A stretch of DNA of 62,000 bases, the filler included, from Basidioascus undulatus (Eukaryota): the NCBI GenBank assembly GCA_000826855.1. It is 11 parts of 11 records of this genome, joined end to end, with 100 filler letters (N's around TTAATTAATTAA, not from the genome) between each part and the next. Parts side by side here need not be neighbours in the genome. Positions count along the whole stretch, not along the records: positions 11,333 to 16,910 come from JTLS01001912.1; positions 17,011 to 22,573 come from JTLS01001913.1; positions 22,674 to 28,228 come from JTLS01001914.1; 8 more parts are not named here. One strand, written 5' to 3'. Every line of letters starts with the position of its first letter. Position 1 is the stretch's first letter. Position numbers and translations under genes: made by a program. The notes below the pieces were generated by a model. That model ran no database searches, was not told the DNA's origin, and saw nothing but the letters and a program-made list of their open reading frames with translations. Below are positions 12,568-23,508 of the stretch, piece after piece.

Positions 12568-14963
12568 ATGTTCACGGCCGTGTCCCGTCCGCGCGCCTTC
12601 GCACGCGCTTCTCGCCTCGCTCACCCGTCAGGGGCGCGCTTCGAATCGAACGTCCTGCTCCGGAAGGGTGCTGAGGAGGAAACGCGTAGCGGATTGGCCA
12701 TCAACAAGCTCAGCGAAGCTATCCGCAGTGCGTCTGTTCCACGCGTCGTAACTCCTGAGTCCCCGCTGACAGTTCGCACTCGACAGACGCTTCCAACCCG
12801 GAATCCCGCTCGCTCATGCCCATCCGGTAACATTTTCCCCGAACCCACAATTTTGAAGAGCGTATCTGACAGAACGTATCTGTCATAGGTCAAAGGGCCT
12901 CTGGCGTGACTTGCAGAACAAGTTCGCGGACGAGGCGTCCTCGTCGGCGTCCGACCAATCCCTTCGCTCTGCGCAGTCGAGTAAGCTCAAGCCGAGGCGG
13001 ATGGCGGACTCTTTCGTCGAGCTTGAGCTGCCGTGCGCCCCGCTCTACGCCTTTGTTGTGCTTAACGGTTCAAGCTGACGTCGGTCCTGTCAGGTTCGAG
13101 AGCGACCCGCATCTCCTGGAGCGATACGTCAACCGTACGGGTTTGATCCAGACAGGGCGGCTGCTGGAAGGTGAGAGACAAACGAGACCGTCCAACTTCT
13201 CCTCAGTGACTTACAACTTCGTTGGACAGACCTGGACGCTCTCGCTGGCTCTGTAGCGTACAAGCACCTCCTTCCGAACTCATATGCTTCTGCGGACGCG
13301 GATCGGACGAGGGACTTTTACTTCGTGACTGCCTCTGTAAGTGTCTGCAGGACGGCTTGCATGTTCAAAGCTGTGGCTGACGTTACGTTGCAGGTCGACC
13401 GGTTCGTGCAGTGTCATTATACCCAGTGTTTGCAGTTGGCTGTAGTACTCATGTTGCTGTCGCCTACCGGAACAGCTTGGACATGAGTACGTTAGTTTCT
13501 GTAAGCTATCGTATGATATGCGATTGACTGACAGCCCGTTTCCACCAGTCAAGCCTTTGACGACTATCCGCGACGTGCGGCTGTCTGGGCATGTCTCGTT
13601 CTGCGTAAGGAATATGGTAGCTTTCGTCCGAGTTAGATTAATACTGATGGTCCGGTTTTTCTCAGGGCAAGTCGTCGCTGGAGGTGTTCGTGAAGATGGA
13701 GGGCCTGCCGCCGAAGGGAACGGAGAAGCCGTCTGAGACGCTCATGCTTGGTGCGCCGCTTGCGTTCTCTTTTGCATTCAACTTCTGAGAGCGAGTGCTC
13801 AAATATCTCATGGTCTGCAGGTCGTTTCTCTATGGTTTGCCGGGACTCGCGCACCGGTGGTCCCCGCGAGATTAACCCGCTCGTGCTGGAGACTCCCGAG
13901 GAGATGGCGCTGCACCGGCTTGGGCAAGGCATGTCTTCGATGGTCCAACATCATCCTCAGAAGTCCATTAGCTCACTAACCGTGCAACCAGAGAACAAGG
14001 AGCGTCGCAGCCTTGACAGGAAGGCTTCGCTTGACCGGGTTCCGCCGTCAAAGGAGGAGGCTCGCGCTCTACATCAGCTGTATCTTGACAAGCACCCGGT
14101 AGGCCTTCGTCGCTTCATGATGCTTCTTATACCGATGTTTAATGGCGTCAATAGAACGACACTTTGCTCGGGGACCGGTCGGTGTGGATGAGTGACACCA
14201 AGACGAGCTCCCTGTATCTGATTCACCCGCAAGACCGAAACGGTATAGGATTATCCACTGGCAGCCACAGACGCATCATACTCATACACGCCCCTTCTTT
14301 CAGTGCACGGGAAGGCTTTCGGAGGGCACTTGATGCGCGTGAGTATCGCTCAGATGTTCCAATGCCTCCATGCGATGTGCTCATGACGCGCGCATTTCCC
14401 TCTTCGCCAGATAGCCTACGGTTAGTCAACGAGAAACATCTGGGGAAGCAAAGGCAACTGACATGCTTCTCCAGAACTCGGATATTCCTCCGCCTTGCTC
14501 TTTTCTCGCCGGCCGCAGCTCCGCTTCCAGTCATCAGACGAAATCGCCTTTAAACTCCCTGTTCCGATTGGTTGTGTGCTGCGGCTGAGTTCCCAGGTCG
14601 TCCACACCGGTGGGTCCTCACATGTGCTCATGGGTGCGATACTCTACTCACCTTACCACACACGCAGGGTCGTCCTCCGGGGAAGTGCAGGTCTCGGTGC
14701 GAGCCGATGTCGTTGATGTCGAATCTGGAGAGGAAAAAACCACGAACGAGTTCGTATTCTCTTGGAGCGCCGACGGGGAAGGCTATTGCATTGTTCCTCG
14801 AACGTACGAGGAAAGGTACGTTTTTCCAGACTTCTACAAGGGTTTTCCTTCTAATAACAAAGGAATCTGCATCGCGCATAGTATGGCTTGGCTCAAGGGC
14901 AAGCGCAGGCGCGACGTTGGGTCTGAGATCCGCCGGCTTTGGGCATCGGCGACGGCGCAGTGA
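12568..14963 (+). CDS. Double hotdog-fold acyl-CoA thioesterase (ACOT9-like, probably mitochondrial)
   Basis: Spliced: Arg/Ala-rich presequence MFTAVSRPRAFARASRL..., RRMADSFVELELP|FESDPHLLERYVN..G.IQTGRLLE|DLDALAGSVAYKH...FVTAS|VDR|LDM..DVRLSGHVSFC|GKSSLEVFV, HPQDRN|VHGKAFGGHLMR|IAY|ELG, DEIAFKLPVPIGCVL, VPRTYEE|SMAWLKGKRR. Confidence 0.9.
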
Positions 14964-15186
14964 AACGTTGGACTGAAGCCCGCTATCGCCTTACTTTCCA
15001 TATTGCTTGCATCCCTCCGCAGTTGCTTGACAATCGCATGCAACAGACTTTTCCTTAAAACATACTCACATATTTAATGTCCGTGATATTTGCTACTGAG
15101 CTGCCCTCGCAGCGATGAAGCATGTGCAAGCGATGAAGCATCTGCGGCGGTTGTGGGCTCAAGGAAGAAGGAATGAAGGGGCTGGT

Positions 15187-15936
15187 CTACATAACATCGA
15201 TGCTGCGCGCTCGGTATGTCTCCTGTTCACCACCAAACCTCGTCTGCTGCCTCTCCCAGTCCTCCGGCGAGATGTCGCTCAAACGCCACGCGCCCACTCC
15301 CACTGCCTCCATCCTCCTCCTTGCCCGCCCAGTCGCCGTGTCCGCGATGTAGTCCACAAGGGGCTTTCCTGGCACTCCTTCATGTTCTATGACGGCCGCG
15401 TGATACGTGTCGGAAAACAGGCACAGCATGCGCCTCAGCAATGCCAGGTCCGTTGCCAGATTCGCGTCCATAAGCTCGCCTTGATCGTTGGTCTTGACAG
15501 CGAGTACCGAGCCATGCTGCTTTCTTCTTTTTAGCACGACTTCTATAAGATGGGAACAATGGTCCTTAGCACACACCCATAGATACTCTGACAAATGTGC
15601 TCGCCCGGCCTCGCTCTCGCGGCCCCAGTCGCTGCTGTGCTCTTCCGCGCGCAGCCGGTCGATGCAGGCATTGCGCGGGGCGCTCTCCGATGTACTGTCG
15701 GATGCGAAGTACAATGTGAAGTAAACGGGGCTGATCGATGGGCAGATATCGTCTTGCGGAACGTCCAGGCGGATGGAGAGCACGTTGTAGGAAAGCTGGT
15801 ATCCGAGGTGGCTATGTTGCAGTTCCGACGGAAGCAGCAAAGTGCGCGGCTTGCCGGACTGTTGAATTGAGAGCCTTTCGAGATACGGCAATAGGCGACC
15901 GACTGGGAGGAAGATCCCGTGGACTGTGCGTCTCAC
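15187..15936 (-). CDS. Hypothetical protein (249-codon ORF, possibly the last exon of a larger gene)
   Basis: Long uninterrupted ORF of ordinary composition in a lower-GC region, convergent with the thioesterase. No motif recognised. Confidence 0.35.
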   Translation of the reverse strand: MRRTVHGIFLPVGRLLPYLERLSIQQSGKPRTLLLPSELQHSHLGYQLSYNVLSIRLDVPQDDICPSISPVYFTLYFASDSTSESAPRNACIDRLRAEEHSSDWGRESEAGRAHLSEYLWVCAKDHCSHLIEVVLKRRKQHGSVLAVKTNDQGELMDANLATDLALLRRMLCLFSDTYHAAVIEHEGVPGKPLVDYIADTATGRARRRMEAVGVGAWRLSDISPEDWERQQTRFGGEQETYRARSIDVM

Positions 15937-16603
15937 TCGGACTAGGTCAAAGAAGAGCCGGCGAAACCGGCGGATGGCAGCGGCACTGTAGGCAACGCCA
16001 CATTACGCTGAAAGGTCCACTAACTAACAATATGGATTACCGACTTACGTAGTGTATCTCATCGCCACCTCAAATTCGGGTAGGTCACCAAAGAGGGGAG
16101 ATGGGAGAACGTCGGAACGATGCTTGGAGATGCATTCGTTCTCTTCAGGCTCCACCGCGTGATCTGGGTCACTGGGTCTTCCTGCCGCGACCAAATACTT
16201 GCCCTGTTCATTAAATAAAATTCATATTATAGCCTGGATTCTTGAAAGTGAGCTGTATATTCAACCAGCAAAACACAGGTTGGAAGACCACCCGTTGAGA
16301 TCGAGGCAGATTGTCTGCATTACATAATCTGGCCTCAGCTAGGGTGGAGTCGAGGCAAGGCACATCTGGGGACAGGTCATATAATGAAGATTTTTCGTTG
16401 AGATATGACAGTCAGAGTTACAGCGTACTGCACCGTGCAGCGCAGCCGGCGGGGCGGATGCGAATGCCCTCGTCGAGCTTCCCTCTGACAAGCTCTCATC
16501 CGATGACAGAGACTTTCGAGGTGGACCGCTTCCGCCCGCGGGCTCATGAGCTTGCATAGGATCCACATCTTCTTCCCAAGGGACGCTCTTATAGCACTCA
16601 TCG

Positions 16604-16910
16604 ATGTCCTCCATTCAGCTTAACGCCAAGGACTACCCTATCCGGGCCGTTACCGTCTTCAGCGACAAAGCCGAAGTTGTGCGCGGCTTTCACGATGTGC
16701 AACTCAAGGTGAGAAGGATCATGAGTCCTTTAAAGGGTTGCTTCTGGGTGTTAACGGTGCGGTAACAGACTGGACACAATGAGGTCGTTATCGTAGGGCT
16801 ACCAGATGTCTTGCAGCAAGACTCCCTTCGGTGCGTGCTCAAGATTTGATCCGTGGGTTGGATCAGCACCTTGAATTACTCAAATCAATTTGAACCCCCC
16901 CCCCCCTTTT
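16604..16910 (+). CDS. N-terminus of a DUF4140/DUF4139 (mucoidy inhibitor A-like) protein, truncated by gap
   Basis: MSSIQLNAKDYPIRAVTVFSDKAEVVRGFHDVQLK|TGHNEVVIVGLPDVLQQDSLR. The IxxVTVFxDxAEVxR...GxNxVxIxGLPxxxxxDSLR pattern matches DUF4140. Confidence 0.75.
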
Positions 16911-17010
16911 NNNNNNNNNNNNNNNNNNNNNNNNNNNNNNNNNNNNNNNNNNNNTTAATTAATTAANNNNNNNNNNNNNNNNNNNNNNNNNNNNNNNNNN
17001 NNNNNNNNNN

Positions 17011-17622
17011 AAGTCTAATTGCTCCGTCTCCTCCCTCCTCCTCCCCGTCCTCCTCCCCGTCCCACGCCAGCACAACCGGCGACTACTTCGTCTACCGCCC
17101 GCGCACCTCGGTCGGTCGTCTTCCTCGCCCGCCTCATCCCCGCTCTCCCCCGCAGAGGAAATCAGCGCGAAGGTGATGCGTGGAAGGCTTCTGGGTCGCT
17201 GGCGGGCGGCGGGGGTGGAGGGGACGAGAACGCTGGTGCCCTCGTCGTCCGGGCGGAGAAAGAGAACGAGCGTGCGTCCTCCTCCCTCTTCCCCTCTTCC
17301 TCTTTCCCCACGCGAGCTTACCCTCCCGGCCATCTCGCATTCCACCGCCCAACCCTCTCCCTCACCCCCGCCCCCCTCTAGCCGCAGCCGCCTCTCCCTC
17401 AACTCAATCCTCTTCGACTTCCTCTTCTACGTTCCTCCCCCCTCCTGCGCCGACCACCTCCTCCGACCGCGAGCTCGCCTCCCTCCTATCCTCCGGCTAT
17501 TGCAAGACCGGGACAGGCGGCAGCGCGCCGAGCAAATGCGGCGCGGGCTAACGCGGCTCGTCCTCTCCGGGCCGCACCCGCACTCCCACTCGGTGGAGCG
17601 TGGGCGGGAGTGGGTGGGATAG
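17011..17622 (+). CDS. Probable 3' part of a low-complexity hypothetical gene
   Basis: Open frame from near the gap, GTGCGT donor at about 17272 and TAG acceptor at about 17381. The final frame is ambiguous (stop at 17551 or 17622). Confidence 0.35.
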   Translation, partial: KSNCSVSSLLLPVLLPVPRQHNRRLLRLPPAHLGRSSSSPASSPLSPAEEISAKVMRGRLLGRWRAAGVEGTRTLVPSSSGRRKRTSVRPPPSSPLPLSPRELTLPAISHSTAQPSPSPPPPSSRSRLSLNSILFDFLFYVPPPSCADHLLRPRARLPPILRLLQDRDRRQRAEQMRRGLTRLVLSGPHPHSHSVERGREWVG

Positions 17623-19269
17623 GAGCAGCAGAGGAATATGGTTAGGCGGAAGTAGTGGGGGAAGGAGGGGAAGCGGGCGTTGGAGAGCAGGCGGAAAAGC
17701 TTGCACGAGTGCGGCGGGTGGGTCCATGTGGACTGGGAGTGGTTCCGACTGGCTTGGCGGCCGGCTGGGGAAGTGCGTGCCGTCGGAAAGAAGAGGGGAG
17801 GACGGAGGAGTGCAGGTCAAATATCTTGCCAGCACCTACTCTCGCGCCTTTCCATTGCAGCACGATTGCTTGCGTGTGGGGTGCTATGCATGCCCACTGC
17901 GTTCTTTCTCTGGGCGACTTGATCCCACAGTACTCCCGGTTACTCTTCAGCAACCTGCACAGTAACCAGACAATGATCCGGCCACGGCTCCTGGGACATA
18001 CCTTGTGGATCAGTGGAAGACATAATGCCATCGCAGCCCGATAACTGTAGCATGGCAAGAACGCAACGACGAACTGGAAAGAGTGCCACGACGCATGATG
18101 TGCCGAACGTTGCGCTACTCTTTGAGTTTTCCCTAGGAATTTTGTACTTGTTGAGGTTTATGAAGCCCACGGAGGTTGAGTCTCTCTTTTACAGTTCCCA
18201 GATAGGACCTTGACCTTGCGTTGCCCCCGGCTGGCAGCACAGCGCACAGCGACGCCTGCAACCAATCGGGTTGAGGTCAGCCACGCCTTCTGCACTTTTC
18301 GTCAACAGCGCATCTGTCTCCTAACGTGCCCCAACGTGCTCCGAGGGAGTTCATATCTGATATTTGGGGACGGCCAGCCCGGGCCTGCTGCATCAGTGGT
18401 TGGGTTCGAGGACAGCCAGCCCCAAGGGAAGGGAAGGAATCTGGACTGGACTTGGGTGGGGTGAAGCATTAGATCCAAGTCGGGGCACGAGGGCTCACAT
18501 TAGACTTGAAGGGAAATAGGGAGGGCGATAGGCGACCATGGAGGTCCTGCGAATGGGACTGCGGTCGCATCTTTTGCAGCCTCCGCGCTTCCTATGCCTT
18601 CTGGACCAGATGTATAAACTTTTCAGGTGTAGAACAACTATATATGCTGTCAACTCCCAATAACGAGTCGGGCTGGCGGTGAAGAGCGACCCAAAGAGTT
18701 TTTGTGTGCGGTGAAGATTTTCTTGGGCGCCTGGCGGGGCGAGCCGCCTGCCTGTCGTCCGGGCTCCCTTGGGTTCCCGAGCGCCATCTTTACTTTCTAT
18801 AATCTTAGCAGGTTATCTGCGTCGAACCGCATGACAAGCAGGCGACGAAGCGCCCACCGAACCCCGTCGGGCAGCGTGGAACATGCTCGTCCTTTCCCGG
18901 CGCGCCTTCGCCGTTCTCGCGCTCTCCTGCGCGTACCACGACGACCGAGCCCCCGCTCGCCAGTGCTTCACGATGACGCATCCGCGCCTACTGACTGCTC
19001 GCTGACAATTGCCTGTTGTGGAAATGCCCTTTTATACGACTGACCGAGTGCACCTTGTTCCCCCACCGCTACCATCTCACACGCTCACCCGTTACCCCTT
19101 TGATCGCTCGTCGAATCCATCAAACACTTCGAACAAGCTGTGGATCCGCTGCGCTTTGATATACCAGCGCTTGCTGGACATCTGGTGCGTCCCTCCCTTT
19201 TCATGTTTGATGTTGATGATTGACGTACTGACATGGGCCATGGCGAGCAGAACCCCACCCCATCCCACC

Positions 19270-19625
19270 ATGTTCGGCTTCCCCTACTACACCCAGCCGC
19301 GCCAGCAGCCGGTGTACTACACGCGCTCGCGCTCGCCCTCTCGCCACCCGTACTACTCCTCCCCCTACGACGACTATGACTGCGTGGACCCGTACTACCT
19401 GCGGCAGCAGCAGCGTGCGGCCGCGCAGCAGCGCGCGCTAGCCGAGCAGCGCGCGCGGCAGGCGCAGCTGGAAGCTGCGCGCCGGCGGGCGTACGAGCAG
19501 GAGCTTGCGCGCCGGCGCGCGGAGCAGGAGCGCCTCGCCCACTACTACGGTGGCGCGTACCAGCGCGACCCATATGCTGCTGCCCAGCTCGCGCGCGAGC
19601 ATGAGGAGGCACTGAGGCAGCGCAG
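19270..19625 (+). CDS. Tyr/Gln/Ala-rich coiled-coil N-terminal ORF, possibly the start of a BAG-type co-chaperone; abruptly joined to the kinase
   Basis: ATG in good context (CCACCATG) after a 5'UTR intron at 19185-19250. Translation MFGFPYYTQPRQQPVYY...QQRAAAQQRALAEQRARQAQLEAARRRAYEQELARRRAEQER, strongly GC3-biased. The BAG assignment is only a resemblance; no BAG domain is seen. Confidence 0.6.
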
Positions 19626-21314
19626 GGGGAGGGCGCGGGTGGGGCGGTGGTCAAGGTCAGGCATGTGCCGTCGGAGATTATCATGGCTAAGAAGGTGCGC
19701 CCGTTTCGTCGCGAATGGGACCATGGGGAACCTGCGTAGGGTTCGGAAGCTGATAGTGGGCTGCCGCCACAGAGCATATCCACCTCCCCCGACCCTGCCA
19801 TCCACAAACAACTTCTCCGCGAGCTGTCCTGTCCGTCATATCTTCCTCCCAGACCCCTTCATCTCAACTTCCCTTACTAACCTCCCCCATCCCCGCACTC
19901 CCAGTCCTCCGCACCTGCCGCTCCGCAACGATCGGTACGTACCCTGCCCCTCCCCTCCCTGCTCAAACTCTCCCAAAGCAAACTGACATCCCTCTCTTCT
20001 CGTAGTGCGCTACTACGGTGCGTACCTCACCTCGGAGGACACGCAGATCGAAGTGTGCATGGAGTACTGCGAGGGCGGGAGCTTGGACCACATCTACAAG
20101 CGCATCAAGCAGCGGCAGGGCCGGACGGGCGAGAAGCCGCTGGGTAACATTGCTGAGGCTGTGCGTCTTGCTTTCCTTCTCCTCCCCTTCATCCCGCTTC
20201 TCATCCCACTTGAAAGCGATACTGATGGGGATGACCGCCCTCAGGTCCTCCGCGGCCTGTCCTACCTCCACAGCAGGAAGATTATCCACCGCGGTAAGCC
20301 TCGCCTTCCCATCCCCAACCTGCCTACATGAAGCGTGCACGCTCGGAAACTTGGGACATGGACTGAGCGAAACGGCTGAGGGCAAACAGACATCAAGCCG
20401 TCCAACATCGTCATCACCCGCGGCGGGCAGGTCAAGCTGTGCGACTTTGGCGTGAGCGGGACGCTGGAGGGCAGTGTTGCAGCGACTTTCAGTGCGTGGC
20501 TTCCTTTACCCCCCTTTTCCTCTGCCCTTCGTGAATAATGACTGAAATATCCGCTCGACTGTGAAGCCGGAACCCAGTTCTACATGGCCGTACGCCCCCT
20601 CCCCTCCCACCCCTCCTCAAACCTCCTCTAACCTCCTCTCTCCCCCTCCCCCCGGCCGCCCGCACCAGCCCGAGCGCATGGACACCTCCGGCAAGGGCTA
20701 CCGCGTCAACTCGGACGTGTGGTCCCTCGGCCTGACGCTTCTCGAGGTCGCGCGCAACCGGTACCCGTACCAAGAAGAGGGCGAGCCCCCCCTGGGTCCG
20801 ATCGAGCTCATCAACGCCATCACGCTCCGCCCGCCGCCGCAGCTCGAGGACGAGCCGCCCGTGACGTACAGCCGCGGGATCAAGGCGTTTTTGAGGAAGT
20901 GGTGCGTCGAGCTTTTCCTTTCCCCCTTCCTCCCTTTTCCTTTCTCCGTTTTTCCCTTTCCGACCCCTTCCCATCCCTCTTATCTCATCCTGCATCGTCA
21001 ACCTGACTTCCCTTATTTCCGTCCTCCGCCGCCCCCGCAGCCTCGAGCAGGACCCCGCGCTCCGCCCCATGCCGGGCGAGCTCCTCGAGGACCCGTGGGT
21101 GAAGAAGACGGCGGCCAAGTTCCCGCCCGAGCGCATGGCGGTCTGGCTCGCGCAGATCTGGGACTGGCCGCCGCCACCGCCGTCGCCGCTCAGCGCTGGG
21201 TCAGGCTCAGGCAGCGCGCCGCCGTCAGCTTCCGCGCCCGTGCCGCCGCCCATCGCTGCGCCCCTGCCCGTCGCCGCGGCGACGCCGCCGCTGCCGAGCG
21301 CGAACTCGGGCTAG
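19626..21314 (+). CDS. MKK1: MAP kinase kinase of the cell-wall-integrity type (Mkk1/Mkk2/Pek1-like), N-terminus missing
   Basis: Spliced: [132 protein letters not shown]. Has the S-x3-T activation motif and the LGPIEL motif. Confidence 0.9.
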
Positions 21315-21558
21315 ATGTTGTACGCAAACGCTTCTCTTCTTCCTCTTTTGTCTCCCGCTCCGCCGATTGTCTGTCCGTCACGAACACTTTACGTTAGATA
21401 GCTAGAACCTCTGATCACACCATTGATTGCCGTCATTCCCCCCATCGCTGCATGTACCGATACCATGTGATACCATGTCGACTGTCTCGTTCAGCTAGTC
21501 AATTTGAGGGCCTTCGACACGCTCAAACTCGCACTCAAGAGCAATGTGCATATCCATA

Positions 21559-22573
21559 TCATTGTGCAATATCAACCAGCACCTCCCACGCCCCCCGCAA
21601 ACCAGCCATGACCTTCTGCGCATCCACCCCGTCTTTCGCGTCCGCAACCTCCCCCTCCGCCTTCCCATCCTCATCCGTCGCATTCTCCTCCGGCAGCGTG
21701 AACGTCTCCGCCACAGCCGCCTGGGCAGCAGCCACGTCCTGTGCCCAATCGGGCACGTCCAACCTGTCCAGCAGCTCCAGCAGCGCAAGCTTGCCTAGCG
21801 CAAACTTGAGGCGCACGGACGGGCTGTTCGACGGCCCCGGTGCGAGCGTGAGCGGGCGCGCGGGGTTTGGGGGGAGGGCGAGGGAGAAAGCAGGTGGTGG
21901 TGCGGAGGCGGTGGTGGGGATGGGCGAGGTAGTTTGAGAGACGCTGCTTGCGGTCGTGGTTGTTGGGCGCAACCGCTTGCGCGGGAGCTCGGGCGAGTTG
22001 GACGGGCGGGAGGTGGACGGGCCGCCGCCGCTGAGGGCGGAGAGGAGGCGGTGCAGGATGTGGCAGAGGGCGATGGGGTAGTCGTGGGGGAACGTCTGTG
22101 CGGGGGAAAGGGAAATGAGAATGAGGATTCGGGAATGCGAAGCGGCAGAAAAGAAAGAGTAGTGTGTGGATTCACCTTCACGAAGGTGGAGAAGGACGTG
22201 TAAGGCTGGTCCACCAGGAGGGACACAAGCGGCCGGAAGACGGCTGTTGGATCGACGTGACCGGCCAGGACGAGGTTAAGGATCTTTAAGCAGCACGATA
22301 TCAGCCGATTGCTGCTGTTTCCGTCTAGTTTGCGAGAGCGCCCACGCACAAGCTTCAGCAGCCTCCGCCCAATCTGCGTCCGCTCCTCCGCCTCCACGGC
22401 GCGCTCCACCTCGGGCGCGACCACCGCCCGCCGGCGCTCCTTCGGCGTGAACTCGCGCGAAGGGAGGAGGGGCAGGAAGGCCGAGGCGAGGACGCGCAGG
22501 GCGGGGGCGACGTCGTGCTTGGGGTCGGAGAACTGGGAGAGGAGGAAGGGGGAGTGCGGGGCTGTGCAGACGC
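21559..22573 (-). CDS. 3' part of a hypothetical helical protein, 5' end lost in gap
   Basis: Two GC3-rich open frames (…RLISCCLKILNLVLAG…FSTFVK | TFPHDYPIALCHILHRLL…GAWEVLVDIAQ*) joined by a GT-AG intron at about 22099-22177. Confidence 0.65.
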
Positions 22574-23508
22574 NNNNNNNNNNNNNNNNNNNNNNNNNNN
22601 NNNNNNNNNNNNNNNNNTTAATTAATTAANNNNNNNNNNNNNNNNNNNNNNNNNNNNNNNNNNNNNNNNNNNNGAAGGGAGAAGGGGATAGCGTCCGTTG
22701 GGCGGTGGTGGGCATAGGACATAGGTGAGTGGGGAAGGTGTGTATGGATGGGGGGCGTGCGTCGGTTGTCGTCGATTACAGAAACCGGTCGTCTCGGTGT
22801 GAAATTACGGTGGAATACAAGCGAGAGAAGAGCAGCAGCGTCGTACAAAGCCCAAGGGAAATGGCAACGGCGAGGAGAAGGGACGCGTCGACGAGGACGC
22901 TATGTTGGCCGACGACCACGAGCGGAGGACGAGAGGGGCGCGGACGTCGAGCAGCGAGCAGCGCGACGGCGAAAGCGAAACGAGCGAGGAGCGTGGGCAA
23001 GCAGGCAGCTGGCTGGCGTGGCTCGGGAAGGGGAAGCACGGCACGGACACACGCGGGCCGAGCGCTGAAACGCTGCCCTCGCCCGGCCTTTACAGTTTCG
23101 CGTTTCTCATCGCAACGAGCAAGGTTCGGGTACCTTTCATCGAGTAAATTTGTTGCAGTTATGATTAAAGCCGTGCAGAACGGTGCCCAACAGTATACTG
23201 CAACGAGACCGAGGGAGAACGACCTCACTCGTCCGACAGTCGTGTCAGATAGGAGTCCTCGGTTGTCAAACTCAACAGTCAGTACGTGTTGGCTCGTGTT
23301 GGCTCGTGCCGGTCACGATAGCACAGCGCGTTGTCAAGGAAGCCTTCATCGCCTCGTCGTAGTCCATACCGAGCCTGAGGATCCACCCGCCAAACCACCA
23401 GAACAGCAGCGAGTCGAGTGTACAATACACCGAAGCTATCAATCAATGCACCATCTCTCCCGCCTCCTCTCCCCGTCCGACCCAACCACCACAGAGCCAT
23501 CGCCGTCG

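Noticed and set aside
19009..19986. 325-aa ORF as a single real protein
   Set aside because: It reads through a 5'UTR intron and, after 19625, through kinase exons and introns in the wrong frame.
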